Shown here in pieces: positions 13,206 through 25,034 of a stretch of DNA of 64,000 nt. Origin of the DNA: Callorhinchus milii (lineage: Eukaryota); contig NW_024704743.1 of NCBI RefSeq assembly GCF_018977255.1, positions 55,988,001 through 56,052,000 on the forward strand, in the 5' to 3' direction. The notes under the pieces were generated by a model. The model had not been told where the DNA came from. It did no database searches and worked only from the letters and a program-made list of their open reading frames with translations. The translations under genes and the position numbers were made by a program. How positions within the stretch are numbered: position 1 is the first letter of the stretch; every line of letters begins with the position of its first letter.

Positions 13206-14559
13206 AAATTCAGAACCAAAATACAATCATTTGGATTAAATATAAAACAATTTAGTTAATTTTAGGTTCAGGTTACTTTGTCCCTTAAACCTTTTGCAGT
13301 GTACATAAATGAGCAGAAAAAGTTATTTTATGCAAGTGTCTGTAACTCGTTTAGTTTAACTCCAAATCTTTATGTGCTCTCATGGGTAGTCACTACATTC
13401 TGTTTATTGTCTTTATATTTTTACTTCAAGCTACACATAAACTTGTCCCTTATTTACCAATCTCACAAGCCTTAAATTAATGCAGATCGCTGTAATCAGA
13501 CAGCTGGATGACCTACATGCTCAGAACAGGAATACAGCCAGTGTCACTTCTTTTTTCGAACCTTGTGGAAAGTGAGGAGTACAGAGAAGTGGGGGTAAAT
13601 GTAGAATTAAAAAGGTTGATATTTGGCCATTGAAACAGGCAGCTTGCAATCCCTGTCAGTTTAGTGACAAGTATGCATCTGTATTCTCCTGTAGTGTTGG
13701 CAGATTGATTGCTGTGGCCTGGAGTGTTCCTACATCCGATCCCTAGTTGTTCAAAGTTGAATAAGCATCCATTTCCCTTTCTGGATATGTTCCCTGGTGG
13801 CCTAACAAGACTCATCCTGAGTGGATATTCAGCTTGATAAATATTCAAATCTGAAGACATTTGAAGCTCAAACTGAACTTTGTAGAAGTGCTGGACCCCA
13901 TCTCCATTTCTGATATCAGTATCATGGGACCTAAATGATTACAAAATCTTTTGTGAGTTATTTTCTCTTCAAGAGATGCAGTTTTATTACAGCAACATTT
14001 TTGGCAAGGAACAAAGACAAGTTTGCTCAGTGTGAATAATAGCCTGGTGAAGTGAAACATCTTGCCTTGAAATGTGCCAATCTATTGCAGAAACATTAAC
14101 CGTGCCACTTATACAGGTCATTATCATGACTAAGATGTCCTGTGGCCCTCCTAGCTCTGCCCTCTCTCTACCTAATGATGGTGATGGTGCCCCTTTAAAC
14201 AGCAAAACCTGTTCTCTCCTTGCACTGTGGAGAGAGCTGAAGCAGGAATGAAAGAGGTTACATTTACTCCAGCCAGCCTGTCGAGCAGCTGCATTCAGGA
14301 TTCAAATGAAAACAGCTCTAAATCTTGCTTGTCACACTGATGATATATTACTTGTAATGGGATGTTTCCAACACTTCTCTTCCATGTGGCTGCTCACATT
14401 CATGTTAGGTTACATATACCCAGCCTACACGCCAACCTACATCTGCACCTCATTCTTGTGATAGCAACTACAAAGAAACCTCCTACTATAAGTATGAATC
14501 GCACGCAGTCCATATGCCCCAGTTGCTGTGGGAAAAAAAGATTGATTCACTGATAGCAC

Positions 14560-14760
14560 CACTGTACATTGTGATGGGAAAATGCAATTGGCCAGGAAGT
14601 GTGCATGATTGATGGAGTGAGTGCAGCTCTCTCTTTTTCTCAGTTTACATGGCAAATTACTTTTATCCCTCCAAGAAGTGGTATCCCTTCAGCTGGATGT
14701 TGACTTTATGACGTTTATTACTGAAATCTTGATCAGCAAATAATTAACTTGCCAAGAAAT
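14560..14760. promoter_or_regulatory. Candidate enhancer (PBX-HOX, ETS and posterior-HOX motifs)
   Basis: Repeat-free; CAGGAAGTG 14593, TGATTGATGG 14606, TTTATGAC 14705, TTTATTAC 14714, TAATTA 14741. Confidence 0.35.
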
Positions 14761-15129
14761 GTATACTGTGGGAGCAAGCTTTCTGTAAACTGCAGGATAA
14801 AATAGTCAATTGGCAGATATTTGTCCTGGAGCCTCACTTAAATCAAGTTAAGATAAACAAAACCAGAAAACACTTTGGTAGAAACAATATTCAATGCAAA
14901 AGAATAGACTGTTAAAGCACTGCACTCCAGAGACAGAATGGAATACAATACATATGTGTGGTGTGCAACCTATCAAAAGATTATTTTATTGGTTCCATTT
15001 CCACAGTATATGGGAGACATAAAATATTATACAGGTAAAGATTGAATGTACATGGAATAAAAATGTTGGGAGTGTATTCAAAAGCTGTATCTTAATTGAA
15101 AGCATTGGTTGGTATTATATCACAAACTA

Positions 15130-15470
15130 ACTTAGTTTTATAGCACCTTATCATGTCAAAATATCTAACCTGATTTACCGTAGTTACTATCAAGTCTCAA
15201 GATTGTTTATGTAGGCAAATGCAACAACCAGTTTGCACACACCAAGGTCCTACAGACAGTCATGAGGTGAATAATCAATTTATCTGCATGATTGTTGGCC
15301 AGGACACTCAGAGAAACAACCTTTTCTCTCCCAATAGTGCCATTAGTACTTAATATCCACTTGAAAAAAGGCATACAGGATCTCGGCTTAGTGCCTCATC
15401 CAAAAGTCTGCTCTTCTGGACAAGCACTCACCCACTACTACAATTGGGTGTCAGCCTAAACTGTAAGTCT
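15130..15470 (-). mobile_element. Deu-SINE family A, old
   Basis: rc of Deu core (TTGGCCAGGACAC, AATAGTGCCAT, GTGTCAGCCTA). Confidence 0.75.
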
Positions 15471-18400
15471 CTACATGGGACAATCTTACTGTAGGGAATG
15501 TAATAGTCATTGCTCATCAGAATGTTGCTCTCATGTTCCTTCCAAATTGCAAAGAAAGCATCTTATACACTTTTCCTTCTTCATAAATTCTCACTGTATT
15601 GAAATCAAATCTCTTTGCTCACCTCCAATTCAGTCATTCTTTCCCTGAATCTCAATACATTGAAAATTGTTATCCTCCATCTACAAAATGTAGCTTTTCA
15701 AAATCCGAGCTCAACATTACCTAAAAGCTATTTGATTCATCTTGGTCCCTCCACAAGATCTATCCCGTTTTTGAAAAGAAGCTCAATCTTTATGGAAGAA
15801 AATGTTTGAGAAAACAAAAAAGCAGTTTGCCAAGTTTTCAAAGCAGTTTTTTCCAACGTTGCTACTATTTCCATCCATGGGCCTTGGTCCTTCACCTAGG
15901 TTTCTCAATTGCACACAAACATTTTTTTTCCAATTCTTAATGGCATTTTGTTTTCTCTTTGTACAAAGCTAAATATTTAAATCTGATTTAAAGAGACACC
16001 TTTCACACATTTTAGGGAGGCTCAGTACAGAAGAGCTCCGCTAAAGCACTCTGAGACGCTACCCTTCATGAGGGGCGCTATATCAATGCCAGTTGTTGTT
16101 GCTGTGGTTGGCCATGAGTAACAGATGTGTGCTGATGCCATTGCAGATTTTGCTGCAGCATTTTTTGCAATGCATTGTTCAATGTTGAAAGACATTGTCC
16201 TACGTGAAAGGAGCAATATAGGCGCATTGTTTTTATTGTTGGCCAATGAAGAAAAATAATTCTGGTACCAGATGTGAATTAGCAGCACAATGTGACCCTG
16301 TACATAAAAAATAAGACTTCACACAAACTTTCAGCAGGATACCAATTTCCCTTTAAGTCATTTTGAAATTGAGATGTAGTTTTTTTTATGTTAAGTTCAT
16401 CCTTTGTTTTGTGTTGCCATTTCCGAGTTCCTTTTGGAGTCTCTTTATTATTCACAGCTATCATTACAAGCAGTAATTAGAAATAGAACAGCTTTGAAAC
16501 AGATGGACTCCTGGATCTAATTTTAATCATTCGGCTATTAACCATCGCTCCAGGTTTTTCAGAAATGACAGCCCTGCTCACCAGGCATAGATTTTTGAAA
16601 ACACGACAATCTACCCAATACTACCTTTTAACAGATGCAAACCCTTGCAAATGTACCATGTGGTTTCTTTACAAATTAAGTTTACAGGCTACAGTGTAAT
16701 TTTTATGACCCCGTAAAACAGATGGCTGTAGGTTTTCTCAGCATTATAGTGCATGGCTTTGATGTTTATTCCAAATACCTGGGTATTTATGAGGGGTCTG
16801 GAATAAAGAAAATGAAGAAATTACTAGATTAGATGCTATATATTTTCCCCCAACTCAAATTCGCTCAGTAAGGCCATGCCTTCAAATCTATTTTACAATT
16901 CATTACCATAGGTACATCCAGGGAACTAGGTCAGTAACAAATGATGTTACGCTTTCCTGAATGTAATTTGAATGTGTTCACAGCAGATAGCATGATGCTT
17001 CCTTTGATGAAATTCATGGGACATATTTTATTTAGAAAAATATGAACATTTGCACATCTGGGTATGGTTGATCCATAGTTAATTTAAGGGCAGTGGATTC
17101 TAGCAAAATAATATTAGCAGAATCATTGAAAAAGGGAACTGGATCAGCACTTGAGCAGTAAATAATGGATGAAGATCAATAAAAAAGGCCGATTTGGAAA
17201 AGTAGAGGCACAGCAACAACAACTTGCACTTATGTAGCACCCTTCATGCCATCTCAGAGTGCTTCACCATGGCGGAGCCCGAGGCTGAGCCAGGGGGAAG
17301 CACAGATACAATGGTCTCCTTCTGTGCTGAAAACGTCTATGTTTCCATCTCTGATTATCATTCGACTTTCTCATATCCTGTGATATCAATATTTTTTCCG
17401 ATAAACTAAATAAACAAACTAGGGTTAGAGCTGCCTTTCCACCAGCAGTGGGATCAAGAGGCACAGAGGAAAGAATTATACTTCTGAATGAAGCTTTGAT
17501 TGAGCACATTGGGATTGCCTGTTACCTGGCCTCAGCTTTGCCATTACTTTAACAGTAGTGTCATATAGAGATGCTCGCTGAAGCAGGACCTGACTTTTAT
17601 CAAGCTCTGAATGATTTACTCTACACTTCTCCACAAAGGCAGCTTCACAGGAGCTGCTCAGGGATTAAGTGCATGACCAGATGCTTTGTCAATGCCTCCA
17701 CGCACAATGTCATCATTGTGGAGTGTGTGTGCTGCACATTACATTTTGAAAATGTTTCAAAGGAAACTCTAAAATCATTTTACCCAAACCACACGGAGAA
17801 AGTGTCTAAACTGTGGCAGACAGGCATATGCTTCAACACGAGCTTTCCATAAAAAGTGGGCAATGGGGAGCAAGTCCAGTTAAGCTAGGGAAACGATTTC
17901 CTGCTATGTTGTGGGAAAAAATGCCGGGCTGCAGAGAGCGATCTTTTTTAAGCACAATAACTAAAACAGGATGACAGATGACCATGTGGAACAATCAGCG
18001 CGTAAGCGAGAAGATTTCAAAATAAGAGACTGCCACGCACAAAGTGGGGATCTGGAGGAAATTTGTGCTTTAATCAGATTTGAAGTAAATAAGGAAACCC
18101 GTGTGTCACAAAGTATATTCTTATGTTGCCGTGTAATAAAAGCAGAAACAAAGTAATTTCTAGTCAAAGCTCTGTGGATCAAAGTGAACAAATGTGGTAT
18201 GAATTCTGCATTTTACTGTGAGGCTTGCAATGCATTGCCATTACTTTATTGAAACAGTTGGGTGCCTTGTGCTCTCCCGCCCCGAAGGACCTGCAGCCAG
18301 AACAGGTAGTCAAAAGGCGGAAAGCAGAGAAACTTCTAGGCATCTGCATTCTCTCAGGAAAACAGCTGTGGCTTCCAGAGGAAATGTTCTTTTCTTCCCA

Positions 18401-18920
18401 TCGGCCCCAGAACTTGGACAGCTCTGGGTCTGGTTTGGCACAGCTAGCTGTGTAGGATGCAGTTAATGGCCTAAAACGTATGAGAGAAACCATTCAGATG
18501 GTCCCACTCCTTACAAACAGTGAGAGGGTTTCCCAGGGGTACAGGCCACATGTTGTTGCCTGACCTCACAAGAATGCCTCCAGTGGGATTTATGTTCCAC
18601 TCCACAAACCAGGTCAAACATTCCATTGTATGTCAAATAATTCATCTCTTAAATGCTGCAATATACACAGTTGATTCATATGATATGAGTTTAAGTGCTT
18701 TTATATTTTGAGGTAATTTATGACTTAAATTGATCTGGAATCTTAAAGGAGAGTGGTCTGTAGTGGAAGCATTATGCATCCCGAAATGTTACAAATCTCT
18801 TACCTGCTAGAAGAAGCTATGATTTATACTGCTGTTTGCACCCCTGAGGAGACCTGACAGCACAGGTCAGTGAGAATCCCTGAGACAACAGGCAGAGTCC
18901 GGATCTAGCTCGGTTACATT

Positions 18921-20390
18921 GACAACTTCACTCTGTCCACTGGCACAGTTCCCACCCCTTAAAAACAGCTGTCTTCCCCACCTTCAAAATACATTCCCTC
19001 AACCCATCTTTGTTCCCTAACTACCATCCCATCTACAACCTCCCTTTCCTCACCAGATTTTTTGAACTAGTTGTTGCTTCCACACTTTGCTTTCTCCTTT
19101 CCTGGCATTCTCTGTATGAACCTCTCCAATCTGGTTCCCGTGTTGCTCAAATTACAGAGACAGCTTTAATCAAAGTGACAAGTCACATTCTGTCCATCTG
19201 TGACCGGGGCTTCCTCTGTCTTTTCGTCCTTCTCAATCTTTCTACTGCCTTCAACACTGTCGACCACTCTTCTTCTCCACCGCCTATTCCCTATAGCTTC
19301 ACTCTTATCTTTCCCATCGTCTCCATTCTATATCCCCCAATGGCTTCTCCTCCCGCTTTTGCACTGTCATGGGTTGCATTCCTCAAGGCTCTGTCTTTGG
19401 TCCCCTCTTTCATATTTACATGCTACTGTTCAGTGATATCATCTGCAGGCATGGGATTAACTTCCTTATGTAGATGAGACCCAACCGTATCTCTCTGCCT
19501 CCATCCTTGATTCTAGGACCACTGCTGTCCTGATGGATCATCTGTCTGACTTCAGGTCTGGATGAGAGCTAACTTTCTCCAGTTGAATGTCGACAAGACC
19601 GAGGCCCTCTTGCTTGGCTCCTGTCAGCACTTGCATAACTCAGGCTCCAACAGCATCACTATTCATGGATGCACTCTCCACCTCAGTTCCCTCATGTCCT
19701 TTAAACCCAAATCCATGCCATAATCCATTCAGCCTCCCCCAACTCCACAACATTGCCTGCCACTGCCTCTCCCTTCGGGCCACCAAGACTCTTATCCATG
19801 TTTTTATCACATCCAAGCTAGACTATGCTAAATCCCTGCTTGCCAAACTTACCATCTCTTCCCTCCACAAGATGCAGATTATTCTTAATGCTGCACATCA
19901 CGTTCTTTCCTGAAATAAACTCTGTGAGCAATCACCCCTATCCTCACCCACCTTCATTGGCACCCCATCCCCCAGAGGATCAAGTTAAGATCCTCATCCT
20001 CACTTTTAAAACCCTCCACAGTCTTGCTCCTCCCTACATCTATGACCTATTAAAACTTTATGAACCTGTCCGCTCCTTCCATTCACCTGCTCCACGTCCC
20101 TCAACCTGTCTACCCCATCATCAGCAATTGGACCTTTAGCCTTTTTGCCCCACTCTTTGGAATATCATGCCAGAATCCCGTAGTTTTGCCCCTTCCCTTG
20201 CCTCCTTCAAGGTCCATCTCACGATCTTTCTCTTTGACCATACTCTTGGTCACCTTCCCACGTTTACCCCCTTGCCCCCAAATCTCTTAATCCAAGCCCA
20301 TGCTTGATTGCAAACCTTCAACTATTCAACACCTTGGGATATCCTCCCGACATGAAGGGCACAATATAAATGGAATTTGTTTGTTTATTT
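18921..20390 (+). mobile_element. L2 LINE, decayed RT region to 3' tail
   Basis: NYHPIYNLPFL, TETALIKVT, LNLSTAFNTVDH, FITSKLDY; L2 stem-loop tail. Confidence 0.95.
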
Positions 20391-21119
20391 GATACAGTGA
20401 GTGCCTGCACCATCTCCTTGGGGATCTGGAGCCATCTCCACTCATGAACATTGGTCAAACCTTATATCACGCTTCACTGTGCAGCAATCAAACCTGGATG
20501 GGAAGAACCTTTCCTTATTGGATAATTTAAACTTATTGGGGATAATAATACTCCTTTGATACTAAATTCTAGTGAACAGTGACAAGGAGCTGATAACTTC
20601 CAGGAGAGCGAATGGGAGTTATGTTTAAGAACTAGAGGAAAACGTGATTTAAAAGGAATACTCCATACATTTGACTTTTGAGGCAAGTACTGTAAATATA
20701 AAAAAAGATCCAGTCATATAATCTCAAAGAGTATCTTCAGTGTAAGGAAAGTGGTAGGATTGGTGGCTATTTACTGCATAGATACATCTGAGAGAGTTAG
20801 TTTTTTTCATCCTTTCCATAGCCATCCTAAGGCTTCAGTTGCGAAACCATGTCCATGCTTATTAGTTGACCAGACTTGTTTGAGTGACATACGCTAAAGT
20901 GAATGTATGGGGGCAATGAGGGTGATCTTTCTCTTAGTGTTGTTTTCTGGGGTTTATCTTAACCAAATTTCATGTTAGAGTACCTTGGCCAAGAATTTCT
21001 CCTTTTTTGTTGGTAAAAGAAGAGACAGCTCCAGCCCATCATTTAGATTTTGCTAGTGGTTCAGATGGGTGGGTGGGGATGAACGATGTTAAAAGCTAGT
21101 ACCACATTGATTTTCATTG

Positions 21120-22870
21120 CCCACTCTCCTGCATCCGCAAGCCTATCATCCTCATTCTCACCTGGATTCATTGGCTCCCCATCAACCAGAAGAGTGAGTT
21201 CAAGATCTTTGACCCCTAAAAACAGCCGTCATCACCCCCATCCTGAAAAAATCTTCCCTGGATCCATCCCTACTCTCCAGCTACCACCCCAACTCTACCT
21301 CCCATTCCTCTCGAAGATCCTAGAATGAGTCGTCGCGTCCCAGCTCCCCTCTTTTCTCTCTCGCCATTCTCTCTTTGAACCCCTCCAATCCAGCTTCAAA
21401 CAGCACTGGTCAAAGTCACTAAAGACATTCTGAACATCTGTGATCAGGGCTCCCTCTGCCTCCTTGTCCTCCTCGAGCTCTCTGCCGCCTTCGACTCTGT
21501 TGGCCACTCCATCCTCCTACACTGCCTCTGCACTTTACTCAATCTTCACGGATCTGCCCTTGCCTGGTTCCTATCTCTCTTACCATCTCCACTTCGTTGC
21601 CTCTAACGGTTTCTCCTCCAGCCCCTGCACTGTCACGTCTGGCATTCCCCAGGGCTCTGTCCTTGGCCCTCTCCTCTTTAATATCTACATGCTCCCCCTT
21701 GGTGACATCATCCGCAGACATGGGGTCAACTTCCACATGTATGCGGATGACACCCAACTCTATCTTTCTGCCTCCACCCTCAACTCCAGGATCACTGCTG
21801 TCCTCACAGACTGCCTGTCAGACATCAAGTCCTGGATGAGGGCAAATTTCCTACAGTTGAATGTGAACAAGACTAAGGCGCTCCTGATTGGCTCGCACCA
21901 GCGCCTCTGCACCTCAGGCTCTGGCAGCAACAACCTCCATGGTTGCACACTTCAACTCACCAAGCCAGTCAGGAGCCTAGGTGTCTTGTTCGACCCTCAA
22001 CTGTCTTTCCTTCCCCACATCCAAGCAATGACCCGATCTGCCTTCCCTCACCTTCATATCATTGCCCGACTCTGCCACTACCTCAATCCTCAGGCCGCTG
22101 AAATTCTTGTTCATGCCTTCATCACCTCCAGGCTTGACTATGCAAATGCCCTGCTTGTTGGTCTTCCCAATTCCTCCCTCCACAGGCTGCAGATAATCCA
22201 GAACTCTGCAGCCCATGTCCTCTCCTGCAGCAAACTCTGTGACCCCATCACCCCCTCTCTCACCAACTCCACTGACTCCTTATCCTTCAGCGGATCCAGT
22301 TCAAGATCCCAGTCCTCACCTACAAAGCCCTACATTGCCTCGCCCCACCCTACCTCTGCGACCTCCTAACCCCCTACCAACCCACCCGCTCCCTCCACTC
22401 AGCCGGCTCTGGCCTGCTTCACATCTCCCAACCCACCCACTCCACCATTGGCGGGAGAGCCTTCAGCCACTCTGCCCCCAATCTCTGGAATTCCATCCCC
22501 CAGTCATTCCACCTCGCCCCCTCCTTAGCCTCCTTCAAGTCCCACCTCAAGACCCTCCTCTTCGACCATGCCATCGGCCACTGACCCCCAACCCCAGCTC
22601 GGGTCTGAAATGCTGTAGTCCGTCCAGCGCTTTGGTCATCCTCCCAACGTGAAAGGCGCTATACAAATATAATCTTCTTGTTGTTGTCCTCACTCTCAAG
22701 TCCGTTCACTGTCTTGCCCCACCCTATTTTTGTGACCTCCTAAAACCCTTCCAACCCATCTGCTACCTCCACCCTCTAGAACTCCTCAGGTGCAAACCCT
22801 TGACTGTCCAGCACCTTGCGATGTCCTCCTGACCTGAAAGGCCCTATGTAAATACAATTTGCTGTTGATG
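21120..22870 (+). mobile_element. L2 (21210-22686, RT with YADD) inserted into an older L2 3' fragment
   Basis: ORF 21440-22369 has [17 protein letters not shown] and [10 protein letters not shown]; host text ..TTCAAGATCT resumes as TCCTCACTCTCAAG at 22687. Confidence 0.95.
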
Positions 22871-23884
22871 ACCAGGACCCAATGGCTACTTTGTGAATGA
22901 CATCAGAGGTCAGCTTCTTCCTATCCCAGTAATTCTTGGTTTCCTAAAGATGTGAGTCCCACCTAATGTTTAACCCTTGGTAAGGAATTCCTGTCTTAAT
23001 TTCCCTTTGTCCAATTATAATGTAATACACTTTGACATAAATAGAAAAACATGATAATGCAAAGGATTACACAGTCTGTATGGTCTCTGGAATTGAAAAT
23101 GTCTAGCCAGTCTCTGCAGTCCTCATCTCTATTTCAACTGTTCTTGAGTTATTTTAATTATTTTGCTGGCTGACATTTTTAATAAAGTTGTGAAGGTGAA
23201 AGGGGAGAGGAATCCTCTGATTGTTGCTAATAATCGGCCTTACTGGTGTGATCTGATAACACGAAAATCCCTTGTAAATGTTTCCATCTGAAATAAAACT
23301 AAATTCCAAGACCAGTAAAGGCTTATCCCGTTATGATCAGGGCTCAAGTCCTTTTGGTTGCTTGACTATGCAAGGCCAACTGTTATTGATCCCTGGCTAT
23401 GTGAATGGCTGAGAAATATCAAGTGATGGAAAAACAGGAACAGATCTCCTTATAAATGAATCCCTTTACTCAGCCCACTCAATATTCTGCAAAATAAATT
23501 GCTCACCAGTCTGCTTCTAAACCAAACGGTCTTGTGTTTGAGAGGGCTAACTGAAAAGTTTTTTAAAATACAAGCTAGCCACCAGAAATTCCAGAGAAGT
23601 CAACAGCTAATTCAATGTTCCTTTATTTCTGTTCAAAGCTGCAGCTCTTGTGCATTGTTGTATGTGACTGGAGCTGGATCCACATAAACTGAGGTCTCTC
23701 AATTTATAGTTCACCTGCTTTCATGTAAAGTATTTCTTATAGTAGAGGAAGGAGACTGGGAATAAAGCACCAAATCTATATACAATGAACTTTGGATAAA
23801 ATCAAAAGGGACAGGCCACTGGGAATATTAAATGCTACATTTAAAGAATAACCCTAAATTCTTTTAGGTGAAATTTGAGTCAGG

Positions 23885-24485
23885 GATCAGCCTGGCTCAA
23901 TTGGCTGTACTCTCGCCTATGAGTCAGAATGATGTTTGTAGCCTCATGCCCGAATTTTGAGTCCATAGTCTAGGCCAGTGGTGGCCAATCCTTTTGGTCG
24001 GCAAGCAAAATAAGTTTTCTTGATTGAATGTTTCTTGCTTTATGCCAAAAATCCAGAAATATTCAATCAAGAAAAACCTGGAAACCCACTAATGATTGAA
24101 CACAGACTTCCTAGACTAGTGTGAATGTTCAGAGCGGTAGCTTGGCTGACACTCCAGTGCCGTGCTGAGGAAACTCTGCATGTTGGAGGTGCCGACCTTC
24201 AGATTAGATGTTAATTTGAGGTCCCATCTGACTGTTAAGACAGATGTTAAAGATCCCATGATTCTATTCAAAAAGGAAGTTTTTCCTGGTATCCAGTCCA
24301 ACAATCCCCCAAATGAAATTCTTTATTAATTTCATTGCTGTTTGTGGAGCATTGCTGTGTGCAAATTGATCGCTGCATTTGGCTACAAAATTCAATCACT
24401 ACAATTTAATGTGAAATTTATTGAAGTGCTTTGAGATATCTCCTGATATAAAAGTGCTATGTCAAATGTAAGGAATATTATTAAG
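23885..24485 (+). mobile_element. Deu-SINE family A with internal insertion
   Basis: tRNA head at 23885; Deu core resumes ~24143; tail AAATGTAAGGAATATTATT. Confidence 0.85.
23976..24110. mobile_element. Probable hAT-Charlie-like MITE remnant
   Basis: Starts CAGTGGTGGCCAATCCTTTT directly after GTCTAGGC; TCCTAGAC near the right end; internal 21-bp inverted repeat. Confidence 0.45.
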
Positions 24486-25034
24486 CTGAACGAAAGGCAA
24501 ATGAGACACAGAATACGTTGGTGGTGAATTTGACTGCAGTAAACATGACCACCACTAGTCTGACTAGCCAAAACCTTAAACTGACATCCTGTTCAGTTTT
24601 AGATTTGGGAAAAAAGAGGCAATCTTATTGAAAATGGGGCATATGTCAGAATCAGGAAAATCTATTCAAAGGATTTCTCACCTTGTAACTTTTAGACCCC
24701 TTACTTTGAATAAATTGGTTCCAGAGACCAACAAAATATGTAGAAACCCAACTCTTATTAATGAACAGCAGAAAACACTTTTGTATTTACACAATGTTTG
24801 TCCAGAGTAACTTATGAGTTCCCTCCACATAAGTATACTTAAGTATACTATTGTATGAGAACTATTGGGATGAATTTTGCAATGTTTGTAACGCATTCCT
24901 TTCCTTGTGATAATTATTACAACAAATGTATTATCAAAGACTGGAACTTTCACTCCACAGTATCCTTAATAACGCAGTAGACAATACATTTTCAGAAGCT
25001 AATAATTGTTATGGATTTAAGTTTTTTTTCCTCC

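Noticed and set aside
17961..18493. Cluster of short overlapping ORFs as coding exons
   Set aside because: No recognisable domain or consistent splice frame; lengths are within chance expectation.
21440..22369. 309-aa ORF as a functional reverse transcriptase gene
   Set aside because: Frameshifted at both ends, no endonuclease, inside a truncated L2; a decayed TE, not a domesticated gene on present evidence.
24830..24849. 18-bp palindrome AGTATACTTAAGTATACT
   Set aside because: Explained by tandem duplication of a self-complementary AT-rich 10-mer.
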